64,000 bases of DNA. It comes from Eledone cirrhosa (lineage: Eukaryota). The DNA lies in NCBI GenBank assembly GCA_964016885.1, contig OZ024752.1:41602001-41666000 (forward strand), in the 5' to 3' direction. Numbering within the stretch: position 1 is the stretch's first letter; the number at the start of each line of letters is the position of its first letter. Shown one piece after another: positions 1-10,084 of this stretch. The notes under the pieces were generated by a model. That model made no database searches, was not told the DNA's origin, and worked only from the letters and a program-made list of their open reading frames with translations. The translations under genes and the position numbers were made by a program.

Positions 1-267
1 TAGTAGTAGTAGTAGTAGTGGTGATGGTGATGGTGGTGTAGGTTGTGGTGGTGGTGATAGTGTAGTGGTGATGATGTAGTGGTGGTGGTAGTGTAGGTGA
101 TAGTGTAGTGGTGGTGATGGTGTAGTGGTGATAGTGTAGTGGTGGTGGTGGTGTAGTGGTGATAGTGTAGTGGTGGTGATGGTGTAGTGGTGATAGTATA
201 GTGGTGGTGGTGGTGGTGGTGGTGTAGGTGATAGTGTAGGTGATAGTGTAGTGGTGGTGGTGTAGTT
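1..267. repeat. GGT/TAG-rich degenerate trinucleotide microsatellite
   Basis: Direct reading: (tag)n, (ggt)n and gtgatagtgtagtg units. Confidence 0.9.
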
Positions 268-369
268 GAGAGGGTGGGGGAGAAAGTTAAATGACTCAAA
301 AAATATGACAGAAGAATGTGACAAGAAAATATATATTGTTTTAAAGTAGGAATGACTCAAAACTGTGTG

Positions 370-412
<43 letters not shown>

Positions 413-476
413 CTATCTGCCGATATATATATATATATATATATAACTACCGATATTACTTCTTGTTGTTTTAATT

Positions 477-514
477 GCCCTGATGAGTCCTTAATAGGAC
501 GAAACATTGTCGGC
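477..514 (+). ncRNA. Minimal type I hammerhead ribozyme
   Basis: GCC-CTGATGA-GTCC-ttaata-GGAC-GAAA-C-att-G-TC-GGC. Core intact, 4-bp stem II, stem I GCC/GGC, minimal stem III, predicted GTC cleavage after 511. Lies in a ~115-bp element (446-562) between (TA)n tracts. Confidence 0.85.
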
Positions 515-639
515 TAATAAAGACTTTTGATGTATTGAAGGCTTCTTTGTTTTACTCTCTTAATATATATATATGTATATGTGTCAAGGAAATATATATA
601 TATATATATACACACACGGGATAACAAATTATCGTTATA

Positions 640-1018
640 GGTAGTCCACTTAGGTGTAGTCCAGTTAGAGTACTCCGAGTAGGGGATAGTATCAACACTT
701 GGCTAAGTTTGACTCAACAAGGCGTTTCCATAGTGATGCTGCGAGTACGCGGTGATTTCTAAGTAGTTTATACTTGGAGTAATGATAAATCAAGAAAGAA
801 GAGTGACATGGTTTGCTACACAATAAGGGCTTTATTCACATTGCTGACAATTGTTTCTCTGAACTGGTAGGTCTAGAGATCGCTACCCGCCTGTTTCTGC
901 ATCAATCGATCACCAGGCGGGTAGCGATCTCTAGACCTAGCAGTTCAGAGAAACAATTGTCAGCAATGTGATTAAAGCCCTTATTGCATAGCAAACCGTG
1001 TCACTCTTCTTTCTTGAT
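640..1018 (-). mobile_element. Penelope-like element 3' terminal (pLTR-like) fragment with inverted partial duplication
   Basis: 640-910 is visibly homologous to 34340-34615, the 3' flank of the GIY-YIG fragment. 789-893 and 914-1018 are ~105-bp inverted arms. Confidence 0.7.
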
Positions 1019-1028
1019 ATATATATAT

Positions 1029-1365
1029 GGAGGCACATGGCTTAATGGTTAGAGCATTGGCCTTGCAATCGAAAGGTTGTGAGTTCAATTCTGATGTGTT
1101 GTTTCCTTGAGCAAGGCACTTTATTTCACATTGCTCCAGTTTACTCAACTGTAGAAATGAGATGATAGGGACTGGGGTTCATATCATTCCACTGCAAAGT
1201 GGTCGTGGAGGTGCCACAGCAAAAAAGCACCCAGCACTCACTGTAAATGAGGTTGGCGTTAGGAAGGGCATCCAGCTGTAGAAATCAAGCCAGAATCAGT
1301 TCCCGTCCCACCCTTGCAAGCAGGGAAAAGTGGACATAAAATGAAATGATGATGATGATGATGAT
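1029..1365 (+). mobile_element. tRNA-derived CORE-type SINE with RTE-derived tail
   Basis: A box tggcttaatggt, B box gagttcaattc, CORE-like ccttgagcaaggcactttatttcac, tail shared with RTE 3' ends, (GAT)n terminus. Confidence 0.85.
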
Positions 1366-1482
1366 ATATATATATAAAAACCCGGAGAGCAAATATTTAT
1401 TCACGTTTAGGGTGAAAGCAACGATTCTTTGCTTAAACTTTAATCTGTTATTTTAATAAATAAATAAATATATAGAGAGAGA

Positions 1483-1545
<63 letters not shown>

Positions 1546-1623
1546 GATGATGATGGTGGTGGTGATGTATGTATGTATGTATGCCTATATGAAGGAAGTT
1601 TATATACATTTATATATATATAT

Positions 1624-4050
1624 ATAGATTATATCCTTACCAGAAGACGTGACAGAGTGTCTGTTGTAAACACTAAATCCCTCCCCCATGAAGAATGCAC
1701 CTCCCAACATAGACTGATAATTAGCGACCTCATAGTCAGGTCGAGACGTACTCGACAGCAGAAGAGGACTATCCTCAGGAGAAAAATATGGAAGCTAAAG
1801 GACCCCACAGCCAAAAATAAATTTCAAAACATATTACTTGATGCTTTCGACAGTAAGGAAGAACACTTAGAGTCGGACAATATAGAGGGACAGTGGGAAT
1901 TTCTGAAAGCAAACCTGCTGTTGGCCACAGACGAAGTCTGTGGCTGGAGCAGGCCTGTAGGCAGGAGGAGAGTAACATGGTGGTGGAACAGTAAGGTGGA
2001 GGAGTCAATTAAGGCCAAAAAGCAGGCTTGGAAAGTATGGCGGGATGGGGGAAGTAGAGTAGACTATCAAGTGGCCAGGAGGGAAGCTAGGAGAGAAGTG
2101 TACTTAGCAAGAAGGGAAGCTGAGGAAAGAAAGTTCAAGCATGTCCTACAACGCGATGACCAAAAACGTGAGGTGTTCAGGATTGCTAGGCAATGCGTCA
2201 AGGAAAACCGTGATATTGTCGGGGAGAAGTGTGTACTTAACGATGATGGCATACTTGCCATCACCGACACTGATAAGAAGGCAGCTTGGAAGTGTCACTA
2301 TGAAAGGCTACTAAATGAGGAGAATAAATGGGAGAAAGACAGTCTCCCCCATGTCGACCCAATAGAGGGACCAGCAGTGTTAGTCGAGGGGAGTATAATA
2401 AGTAAGGCAATCAAGGATATGAAGACAGGTAAGGCGGCTGGGCCTTCGGAAATAGTTGCTGAGATGCTGAAGGCATCTGGCACGGTGGGACACACCATGG
2501 TCACCCGCATAGTTAACCAAGTCGTACAGAATGGGGCTGTTCCGAAGGACTGGCATAGCAGCATCATCGTTAACTGTTATAAGGGTAAAGGAGACGCCCT
2601 AGATAGGAGTAACTATAGAGGCATTAAATTAATCGACCAGGTCATGAAGGTCACAGAAAAAGTAATAGCGCAACTAATCAGAGAGAGAATTGACCTAGAT
2701 GAAATGCAGTTCGGGTTTGTGTCAGGCAAAAGTACCACAGACGCTCTTTTCATAGTACGACAACTACAGGAGAAGTACCTAGCTAAAGGTAAACCCCTCT
2801 ACTTAGCTTTTGTCGACTTGGAGAAAGCCTTCGACAGAGTCCCCCGCTCCATTATCTGGTGGGCTCTTAGAAAACTAGGCGTTGACGAATGGCTTGTGAG
2901 GGCTATACAAGCCATGTATAAAGAAACAGTCAGCAAGGTTAGAATTAACAACGAATATAGTGAAGAGTTTAGCGTAAAAGTTGGCGTCCATCAGGGCTCT
3001 GTTCTCAGCCCCCTACTATTTATTATTGCCCTTCAGGCTATAACAGAGGAGTTCAAGACAGGCTGCCCATGGGAACTCCTATACGCAGACGACCTGACAC
3101 TCATAGCGGAATCAATGGCCGAGCTAGAGAAGAAATTCCAAACATGGAAGCACGGCCTAGAGTCAAAAGGACTTAAAATTAACCTGGCTAAGACCAAAGT
3201 TCTAGTTTGTAGGAAAGAAAACAAGGCGGCGGTCCCTTCTGGGAAATGGTCGTGCTCGGTGTGTAGGAAAGGCGTAGGTAGAAACTCCATTTTGTGTCCT
3301 AAATGCAAAGTATGGGTGCATAAAAGATGTAGTGGGATCACAGGTAAGCTAACTAAGAACATAGATTTTACATGTGGCCGGTGTTCTGGTGCAATAAGTA
3401 GCAGCAAGTGCCCACACAATACTAGCTCTTTCAATTGCGCAGAGGGTTCTATAGAAATAGTGGACAGCTTCCGTTACCTGGGCGATAAAATCAGCAGTGG
3501 GGGAGGGTGCTCTGAAAGTACTGTAGCTAGAGTCAGAACTGGTTGGAAAAAGTTCAGAGAGCTTATACCACTATTAGCTGCTAAAGGGTTCTCCCTAAAA
3601 ATGAAAGGCAGGTTGTACGATGCCTGCATACGAACAGCAATGTTGCATGGCAGTGAGACCTGGGCATTGTGTGCAGAGGATATACGCAGACTAGAGAGGA
3701 ACGAAGCTTGCATGCTCCGCTGGATGTGTAACAGTAATATACGTGAACGGCAAAGCATAAACGAACTAAGGAAAAAATTAGAGATAAGAGGGATCAGATG
3801 TTGTTTACTCGAGAGAAGGCTACGTTGGTATGGACACGTGATGCGCATGAAAGTCGATAGCTGTATAACAAAGTGCAGGGCAATAAAGATAGACGGTAGC
3901 CACGGAATAGGCAGACCTAGAAAAACCTGGGACGAGCTGATAAACTCCGACCTCACACACTTACACCTCTCCAAGACAATGTCACTGGACCGAGACCTTT
4001 GGCGGTACTCAGTAACAGAGAAGACCCGCCTTGCCAGTAGGCATCTCTAA
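1624..4050 (+). CDS. RTE ORF (truncated APE endonuclease + reverse transcriptase with inserted PHD-type finger)
   Basis: Motifs QFGF, AFVDLEKAFDRV, GVHQGSVLSPLLF, LLYADDL, GLKINLAKTK, FRYLG, RRLRWYGHVMRM, GRPRKTW. No stops over ~2.4 kb. The track's ATG at 1573 lies in flanking microsatellite. Confidence 0.93.
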   Translation: MDYILTRRRDRVSVVNTKSLPHEECTSQHRLIISDLIVRSRRTRQQKRTILRRKIWKLKDPTAKNKFQNILLDAFDSKEEHLESDNIEGQWEFLKANLLLATDEVCGWSRPVGRRRVTWWWNSKVEESIKAKKQAWKVWRDGGSRVDYQVARREARREVYLARREAEERKFKHVLQRDDQKREVFRIARQCVKENRDIVGEKCVLNDDGILAITDTDKKAAWKCHYERLLNEENKWEKDSLPHVDPIEGPAVLVEGSIISKAIKDMKTGKAAGPSEIVAEMLKASGTVGHTMVTRIVNQVVQNGAVPKDWHSSIIVNCYKGKGDALDRSNYRGIKLIDQVMKVTEKVIAQLIRERIDLDEMQFGFVSGKSTTDALFIVRQLQEKYLAKGKPLYLAFVDLEKAFDRVPRSIIWWALRKLGVDEWLVRAIQAMYKETVSKVRINNEYSEEFSVKVGVHQGSVLSPLLFIIALQAITEEFKTGCPWELLYADDLTLIAESMAELEKKFQTWKHGLESKGLKINLAKTKVLVCRKENKAAVPSGKWSCSVCRKGVGRNSILCPKCKVWVHKRCSGITGKLTKNIDFTCGRCSGAISSSKCPHNTSSFNCAEGSIEIVDSFRYLGDKISSGGGCSESTVARVRTGWKKFRELIPLLAAKGFSLKMKGRLYDACIRTAMLHGSETWALCAEDIRRLERNEACMLRWMCNSNIRERQSINELRKKLEIRGIRCCLLERRLRWYGHVMRMKVDSCITKCRAIKIDGSHGIGRPRKTWDELINSDLTHLHLSKTMSLDRDLWRYSVTEKTRLASRHL

Positions 4051-4410
4051 AAAAATACACCCCGTCCCACCACCACCACCCCCACCCCATCCACACCACC
4101 CCGTCCTATGTAAAGTTATGTTGGTGCCGCGCCATCCGGGCCGAAACAAATGAGATCGTGTAGGTGTCACGACAAAAAAACACACAGTCCACGCTGTAAT
4201 GTGGCCGTGTAGGCAACACGGTAAAAACCTCCCAGACCCACACTGTAAATGTGGTTGGTGTTAGGAAGGGCATCCAACTGTAGAAAACCTGCCAGACAGT
4301 CCTATGCGAGCAAGACAATCACTCTTGCCTCAAGTGGGACTACCCCCGTCCAAACCCATGCAAGCGTGGAACACGGACGTTAAACGTTGATGATGATGAT
4401 GATGATGATA
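1626..4410 (+). mobile_element. 5'-truncated RTE-clade non-LTR retrotransposon (LINE)
   Basis: Starts within the C-terminal part of the AP endonuclease (IDYIL...QHRL). Full RT, 3' UTR 4051-4385, (GAT)n tail. Inserted in (TA)n. Confidence 0.95.
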
Positions 4411-4490
4411 TATATATTGAAGATTCCGTTGAAAATTGAAAAAGTCAGAGGAATGAAGAGTGCTCTATGTAAGTTACAGAGCTAAATAAC

Positions 4491-4686
4491 TAATGTATAA
4501 TAAACAATACAATATAATTACCTCATTACCAAAGGTTTCCTGAATAAGACGAATACAAGAAACGTCCGTATTTGTTCGTCAGACAATGGCTTGTCTGACA
4601 AACGAATGCGGACGTTTCTTGTATTCGTCTTATTCAGGAAACCTTTGGTAATGAGGTAATTATATTGTATTGTTTATTATACATTA
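4491..4686. repeat. Near-perfect 96-bp-arm inverted repeat (4-nt loop)
   Basis: 4491-4586 is the reverse complement of 4591-4686 with about 3 mismatches. Confidence 0.95.
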
Positions 4687-4918
4687 ATTATATATATATC
4701 TATTGTAAACATGAGAGAGTGTGCAGCAGCCTTCAATTGCTATTGGAGATGGAGCAGGAGAAGAGCCATCAAAAACGTGATGTCTCAGTATACCCCCCCC
4801 CCCCCACCCTCCTCGCCAACACACAGTCTATATATATTTTAAACACGAAAAGACTCTTTAGTTTTGTCAAGGGCCCAACATCCTCCTCTAGTGTTGGGTC
4901 AACAACATTGCTATAGAG

Positions 4919-5592
4919 CAGCGATCACCAACCTTTCAGACATCCCGGACCACTAAATTCATAATTTTAAATCCTGCAGATCACTAATATGAATTTTTTT
5001 TTAAAAAGATAAATACATTTGTAAAATAATTGTTTCTACTTTAGGCACAAGGCCAGCAATTACCCAGTGCATTACTGGTACTTTATTTTATCGACCCCGT
5101 AAGGATGAAAGGCAAAGTCAACCTCGGCGGGATTTGAACTCAGATCGTAAAGGGACGTAACTATGCTGGAAAGCATGGCGTCCGACCCTCTACCGATACT
5201 GCCAATCCACCGCCCTTTTGTATACCTTTTGATCCACCATACATTTGTAAAATAATGATCCACCATACATTTGTAAAATAATTGTTTCTACTTTTGGCAC
5301 AAGGCCAGCAATTATCCCAGTGCATTACTGGTACTTTATTTTATCGACCCCGTAAGGATGAAAGGCAAAGTCAACCTCGGCTGGATTTGAACTCAGATCG
5401 TAAAGGGACGTAACTATGCTGGAAAGCATGGCGTCCGACCCTCCACCGATACTGCCACATTTGTAAAATAATGATCAGAGAACTTCCATTTTATTAATAT
5501 AAAATGCACCTATTAAATATAACAAAATTATAAATGCTTATGAAATCATAATAAAATCTTCAAAGCAAATAATGTCCAAATCTTTCTGTGAC
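4919..5592 (+). mobile_element. hAT-like MITE fragment interrupted by two SINEs
   Basis: Left end cagcgatcaccaaccttt resembles hAT/Charlie TIRs. Sequence resumes after the SINEs at duplicated acatttgtaaaataat. Right TIR not seen. Confidence 0.45.
5025..5457 (-). mobile_element. Two tRNA-derived SINEs with Deu/Nin-like domain (5025-5214, 5277-5457)
   Basis: Minus strand: A box tggcagtatcgg, B box gagttcaaatcc, central gcctttcatccttacggggtcgataaaataaagtaccag, (AAT) tail. Confidence 0.85.
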
Positions 5593-5605
5593 CCAAGACT
5601 TCATT

Positions 5606-6228
5606 TAACCGAAGGCTTCTGTTGACCCAAAGGCTTCAGTTGACCGAAGGCTTCAGTTGACCGAAGGCTTCAGTTGACCGAAGGCTTCAGTTGACCGAAG
5701 GCTTCAGTTGACTGAAGGCTTCAGCTGACTGAAGGCTTCAGCTGACCAAAGGCTTCAGCTGACCAAAGGCTTATGTTGACCGAAGGCTTCTGTTGACCGA
5801 AGGCTTCTGTTGACCGAAGGCTTCAGTTGACCGAAGGCTTCAGCTGACCAAAGGCTTCTGTTGACCGAAGGCTTTTGTTGACCGAAGGCTTCTGTTGACC
5901 GAAGGCTTCTGTTGACCGAAGGCTTCTGTTGACCGAAGGCTTCTGTTGACCGAAGGCTTCAGTTGACCGAAGGCTTCTGTTGACCGAAGGCTTCAGCTGA
6001 CTGAAGGCTTCAGTTGATCGAAGGCTTCAGTTGACCGAAGGCTTCAGTTGACCGAAGGCTTCAGTTGACCGAAGGCTTCTGTTGACCGAAGGCTTCAGTT
6101 GCCGAAGGCTTCAGCTGACTGAAGGCTTCAGTTGATCGAAGGCTTCAGTTGATCGAAGGCTTCAGTTGATCGAAGGCTTCAGTTGATCGAAGGCTTCAGT
6201 TGACCCAAGGCTTCATTTGACCCAAGGC
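5606..6228. repeat. 17-bp quasi-palindromic minisatellite (gaccgaaggcttcagtt)n
   Basis: About 36 tandem units read directly. Confidence 0.95.
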
Positions 6229-6334
6229 TATGGTTGGTAAATGACACTTGCTTAAGATTCTATACCAAGGAACAGAACTTGGGATCTTTTGATTGCAATG
6301 TAAATCATTCAGTCATGTCTGCATCTTCTATAAT

Positions 6335-6722
6335 TACACACACATAATGTTCACAGAGACACACACACACACACAGTCTAGGCACACACACACTATCCAC
6401 AGACACACACACAATGTCCAGATACACACACACACACACACAATGTCCAAGGACACACTAACTCAGACACAATATCCACACACACACACACATACACACA
6501 CACACACAATGTCCAAGGACACATACACACACACACACACACACAGACACAATATCAACAGAGACACACACATATTGTCTACAGACACACACACACACAC
6601 ACACAATGTCCACACAGACACACAATGTCCATAGGTTCACACACACAATGTCCACACACACACACACAATGTCCACACACACACATACACACACTGTCCA
6701 CAGGTTCACACAGTTTCCACAC
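6335..6722. repeat. (CA)n-rich compound repeat with aatgtcc motifs
   Basis: Direct reading. Confidence 0.85.
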
Positions 6723-7169
6723 AAACATGATTCATATCAATACTATGCCCCCTCCCTCTCCCCCTCCCCCCACCGTCCACCAGCTTCATCACACCTCCTC
6801 CCCCACTATGTTAAACTAACAGATAAGGTTTCACCTAGTAAGGTCTTTCCCTCCTAATGAGGCTTTGGTCAGGAAACTCAGTGAATGGGAGGAAGGAGAA
6901 AAGGGGAGGTAGTGTCATTAGAGGGGGGCAGAGTGTGAGGGAGGTAGTGTCATTAGAGGGGGAGAAGGTGTGAGGGAGGTAGTGTCATTAGAGGGGGGAG
7001 AGTGTGAGGGAGGTATTGTCATTAAGGGGAGGGGGGGGGGGGTGAAGGAGATAGATGGGGGGAGTAGGAGGTGGCCTGGGATAAACTGTTTTGTGTCTTT
7101 GTTCTGTTCAGTTGTAGCTTGATTGATTTACAGTTATATGGTGAGAGGGGGAGGGAGAGGGGGGGGGGG

Positions 7170-8642
7170 GGGTTGTGTGGTGGTAGTGGTGGTGATGGTT
7201 GTAGCAGAGGTGGTGGTGTTGATGGTTGTGTTGGTGGCGGTGGTTATGGTTGTGTTGATGGTGGTAGTAGTGGTGTTGATGGTAGTGATGGTGGTGGTTA
7301 TAGTTGTAGTGGTGGTGGTGGTGATGGTTGTGTTGATGGTGGTAGTAGTGGTGTTGATGGTAGTGATGGTGGTGGTGGTGGTGTTGATGGTTGTAGCAGA
7401 GGTGGTGGTGGTGATGGTTGTGTTGATGGTGGTAGTAGTGGTGTTGATGGTAGTGATGGTGGTGGTGGTGGTGTTGATGGTTGTAGCAGAGGTGGTGGTG
7501 TTGATGGTTGTAGCAGAGGTGGTGGTGGTGATGGTTGTGTTGATGGTGGTAGTAGTGGTGTTGATGGTAGTGATGGTGGTGGTGTTGATGGTTGTAGCAG
7601 AGGTGGTGGTGTTGATGGTTGTAGCAGAGGTGGTGGTGGTGATGGTTGTGTTGATGGTGGTAGTAGTGGTGTTGATGGTAGTGATGGTGGTGGTGGTGGT
7701 GGTGGTGTTGATGGTGGTGTTGGTGGCGGTGGTTATGGTTGTGTTGACGGTGGTAGTAGTGGTGTTGATGGTAGTGATGGTGGTGGTTATAGTTGTAGTG
7801 GTGGTGGTGGTTATAGTTGTAGTGGTGGTGGTGGTGATGGTTGTGTTGGTGGTGGTGTTGATGGTTGTGTTGGTGGTGGTGGTTATGGTTGTGTTGATGG
7901 TGGTAGTAGTGGTGTTGATGGTAGTGATGGTGGTGGTTATAGTTGTAGTGGTGGTGGTGGTGATGGTTGTGTTGGTGGTGGTGTTGATGGTTGTGTTGGT
8001 GGTGGTGGTTATGGTTGTAGTGGTGGTGGTAGTGGTGTTGATGGTTGTGTTGGTGGTGGTGTTGATGGTTGTGTTGGTGGTGGTGGTTATGGTTGTGTTG
8101 ATGGTGGTAGTAGTGGTGTTGATGGTAGTGATGGTGGTGGTTATAGTTGTAGTGGTGGTGGTGGTGATGGTTGTGTTGGTGGTGGTGTTGATGGTTGTGT
8201 TGGTGGTGGTGGTTATGGTTGTAGTGGTGGTGGTAGTGGTGTTGATGGTTGTGTTGGTGGTGGTGTTGATGGTTGTGTTGGTGGTGGTGGTTATGGTTGT
8301 GTTGATGGTGGTAGTAGTGGTGTTGATGGTAGTGATGGTGGTGGTTATAGTTGTAGTGGTGGTGGTGGTGATGGTTGTGTTGGTGGTGGTGGTGATGGTT
8401 GTGTTGGTGGTGGTGTTGATGGTTGTGTTGGTGGTGGTGGTTATGGTTGTGTTGATGGTGGTAGTAGTGGTGTTGATGGTAGTGGCGGTGGTGGTGGTTG
8501 TAGGGGTGGTGGTGGTGATGGTTGTGTTGGTGGTGGTGGTTATGGTTGTAGTGGTGGTGGTGGTGGTGGTGGTGATGGTTGTGTTGATGGTGGTAGTAGT
8601 GGTGTTGATGGTAGTGGCGGTGGTGGTGGTTGTAGTGGTGAT
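7170..8642. repeat. GGT-based compound minisatellite
   Basis: Higher-order repeats of ggt/gat/tgt triplets. The Gly-, Val-, His- and Thr-rich ORFs in all frames are artefacts. Confidence 0.9.
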
Positions 8643-8993
8643 TAGTGTCACTACACTCAAAGATGGTCAACTCCAAGTACAAGTTCAATCCCTCCTCCTC
8701 ACCTCCCCCCACCCCCCCAGGGATTCAGTTCTCCTTCAGGAGGGTGGGAGGTAGGGTACCCATTAACTATTCTGCCTGAAGTGTGGAGTGGGGGGTAAGA
8801 GGTGGGTGGGTGGAACCATGAAACCATCATAAAGTTACATCCCAGTGTGCAATAGACAGTCCTATCACATCATCATACACCCGCCACCTACCAGCTTATA
8901 GTATGACTAATAGTAATAATTGTTTCTAACATAGGTACAAGGCCAGTAATTAGGGGAAAGGGGGAAAGTCGATTACATTGACCACAGTATTTA

Positions 8994-9024
8994 CTGTATT
9001 TCCTGGTTGCTGAAGACATCCCGG

Positions 9025-9057
<33 letters not shown>

Positions 9058-9619
9058 CGTACCCTAATTTTGACAGCCCAAAATTTGAAAAAAAAATTTT
9101 TCAGCTGAGTGGACTGGAGTGCCTTGCTCAAGGACACAATGCCCCACCAAGAATCGAACTCACAACTTTAGGATCATGGGCCGACCACTCTAACCATTAA
9201 ACTATTGAATACCTTCCACTCCATTTTACTAAAGCTCCATACTAAACTACTACACTATGTCCAGAACCATTCAATAATTGTTTCTACTTTAGGCACTAGG
9301 CCAGCAATTACCCCCAGTGTATTACTGGTACTTTATTTTATCGACCCCGTAAGGATGAAAGGCAAAGTCAACCTCGGCGGGATTTGAACTCAGATCGTAA
9401 AGGCACGTAACTATGCTGGAAAGCATGGCGTCCGACCCTCTACTGATACTGCCAATCCACCGCCCTAGATGGATTTGAAAAAAAATTTGAAAAAAATTTG
9501 AAAAAAAATTTGAAAAAAAAATAGTAAACAGCTTTCGGCCTCCAGGACGCATGGTAGATTTTGGGGACTTATTTTAGGAAAAAAGTAGCGTCTTAGACGC
9601 CGGGAGGGGGGAATACGGT
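8994..9619. mobile_element. pogo/Tc2-like MITE (CYGTATT...AATACGG ends, TA flanks) split by a nested SINE-plus-flank insertion
   Basis: ta-ctgtatttcctgg at the left end and ccggg...aatacgg-ta at the right end. Insert ~9098-9470 is flanked by atttgaaaaaaaattt. Confidence 0.55.
9273..9465 (-). mobile_element. Deu/Nin-like tRNA SINE
   Basis: Same family as 5025-5214. Confidence 0.9.
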
Positions 9620-10084
9620 AATTAGTGATTTATTTTATTGATCCAAGGGGGCTGAAAGGCAAAGTTGACCTCAACAGAATTTGAACTTAGAAAAAAAAAA
9701 AAACCCTATACACCTGCTCCACACAGATGTCCCCGCTCCCATCCCACCACCATGCCCTCCACCCCAATATCTTGAGAAATGTCTATTTTGGAGTAGTTAA
9801 TCTTCTTATCTCTGTAGCTCTTGAGATGGGAGGTATTTATAGAGCGAAGGAAAGGAACAAGTGGTTCTTTGCGCACACACGAATACACACACATGTACAC
9901 ACACATTTACACACACACACACAAGACATATACACTCACACAAGCATGCAGACACACACACATACATACATACACATACAAGAGATACCAAAATATCCTC
10001 TAAGCAGGAAGAAGTGGTGTAACATCACAGGATTTAGCAAGACAAAACAAAAATCAATCAAAATAATATAGAACATAATACATA

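Noticed and set aside
1029-1100. tRNA genes at SINE heads
   Set aside because: A/B boxes are present but there is no complete cloverleaf; continuous with SINE bodies
5606-6228. CRISPR-like palindromic repeats
   Set aside because: No unique spacers, no cas genes, eukaryotic context
7071-8754. 500+ aa Gly/Val/His/Thr-rich ORFs
   Set aside because: Open in several frames on both strands because of the GGT-based repeat; no splice or codon evidence
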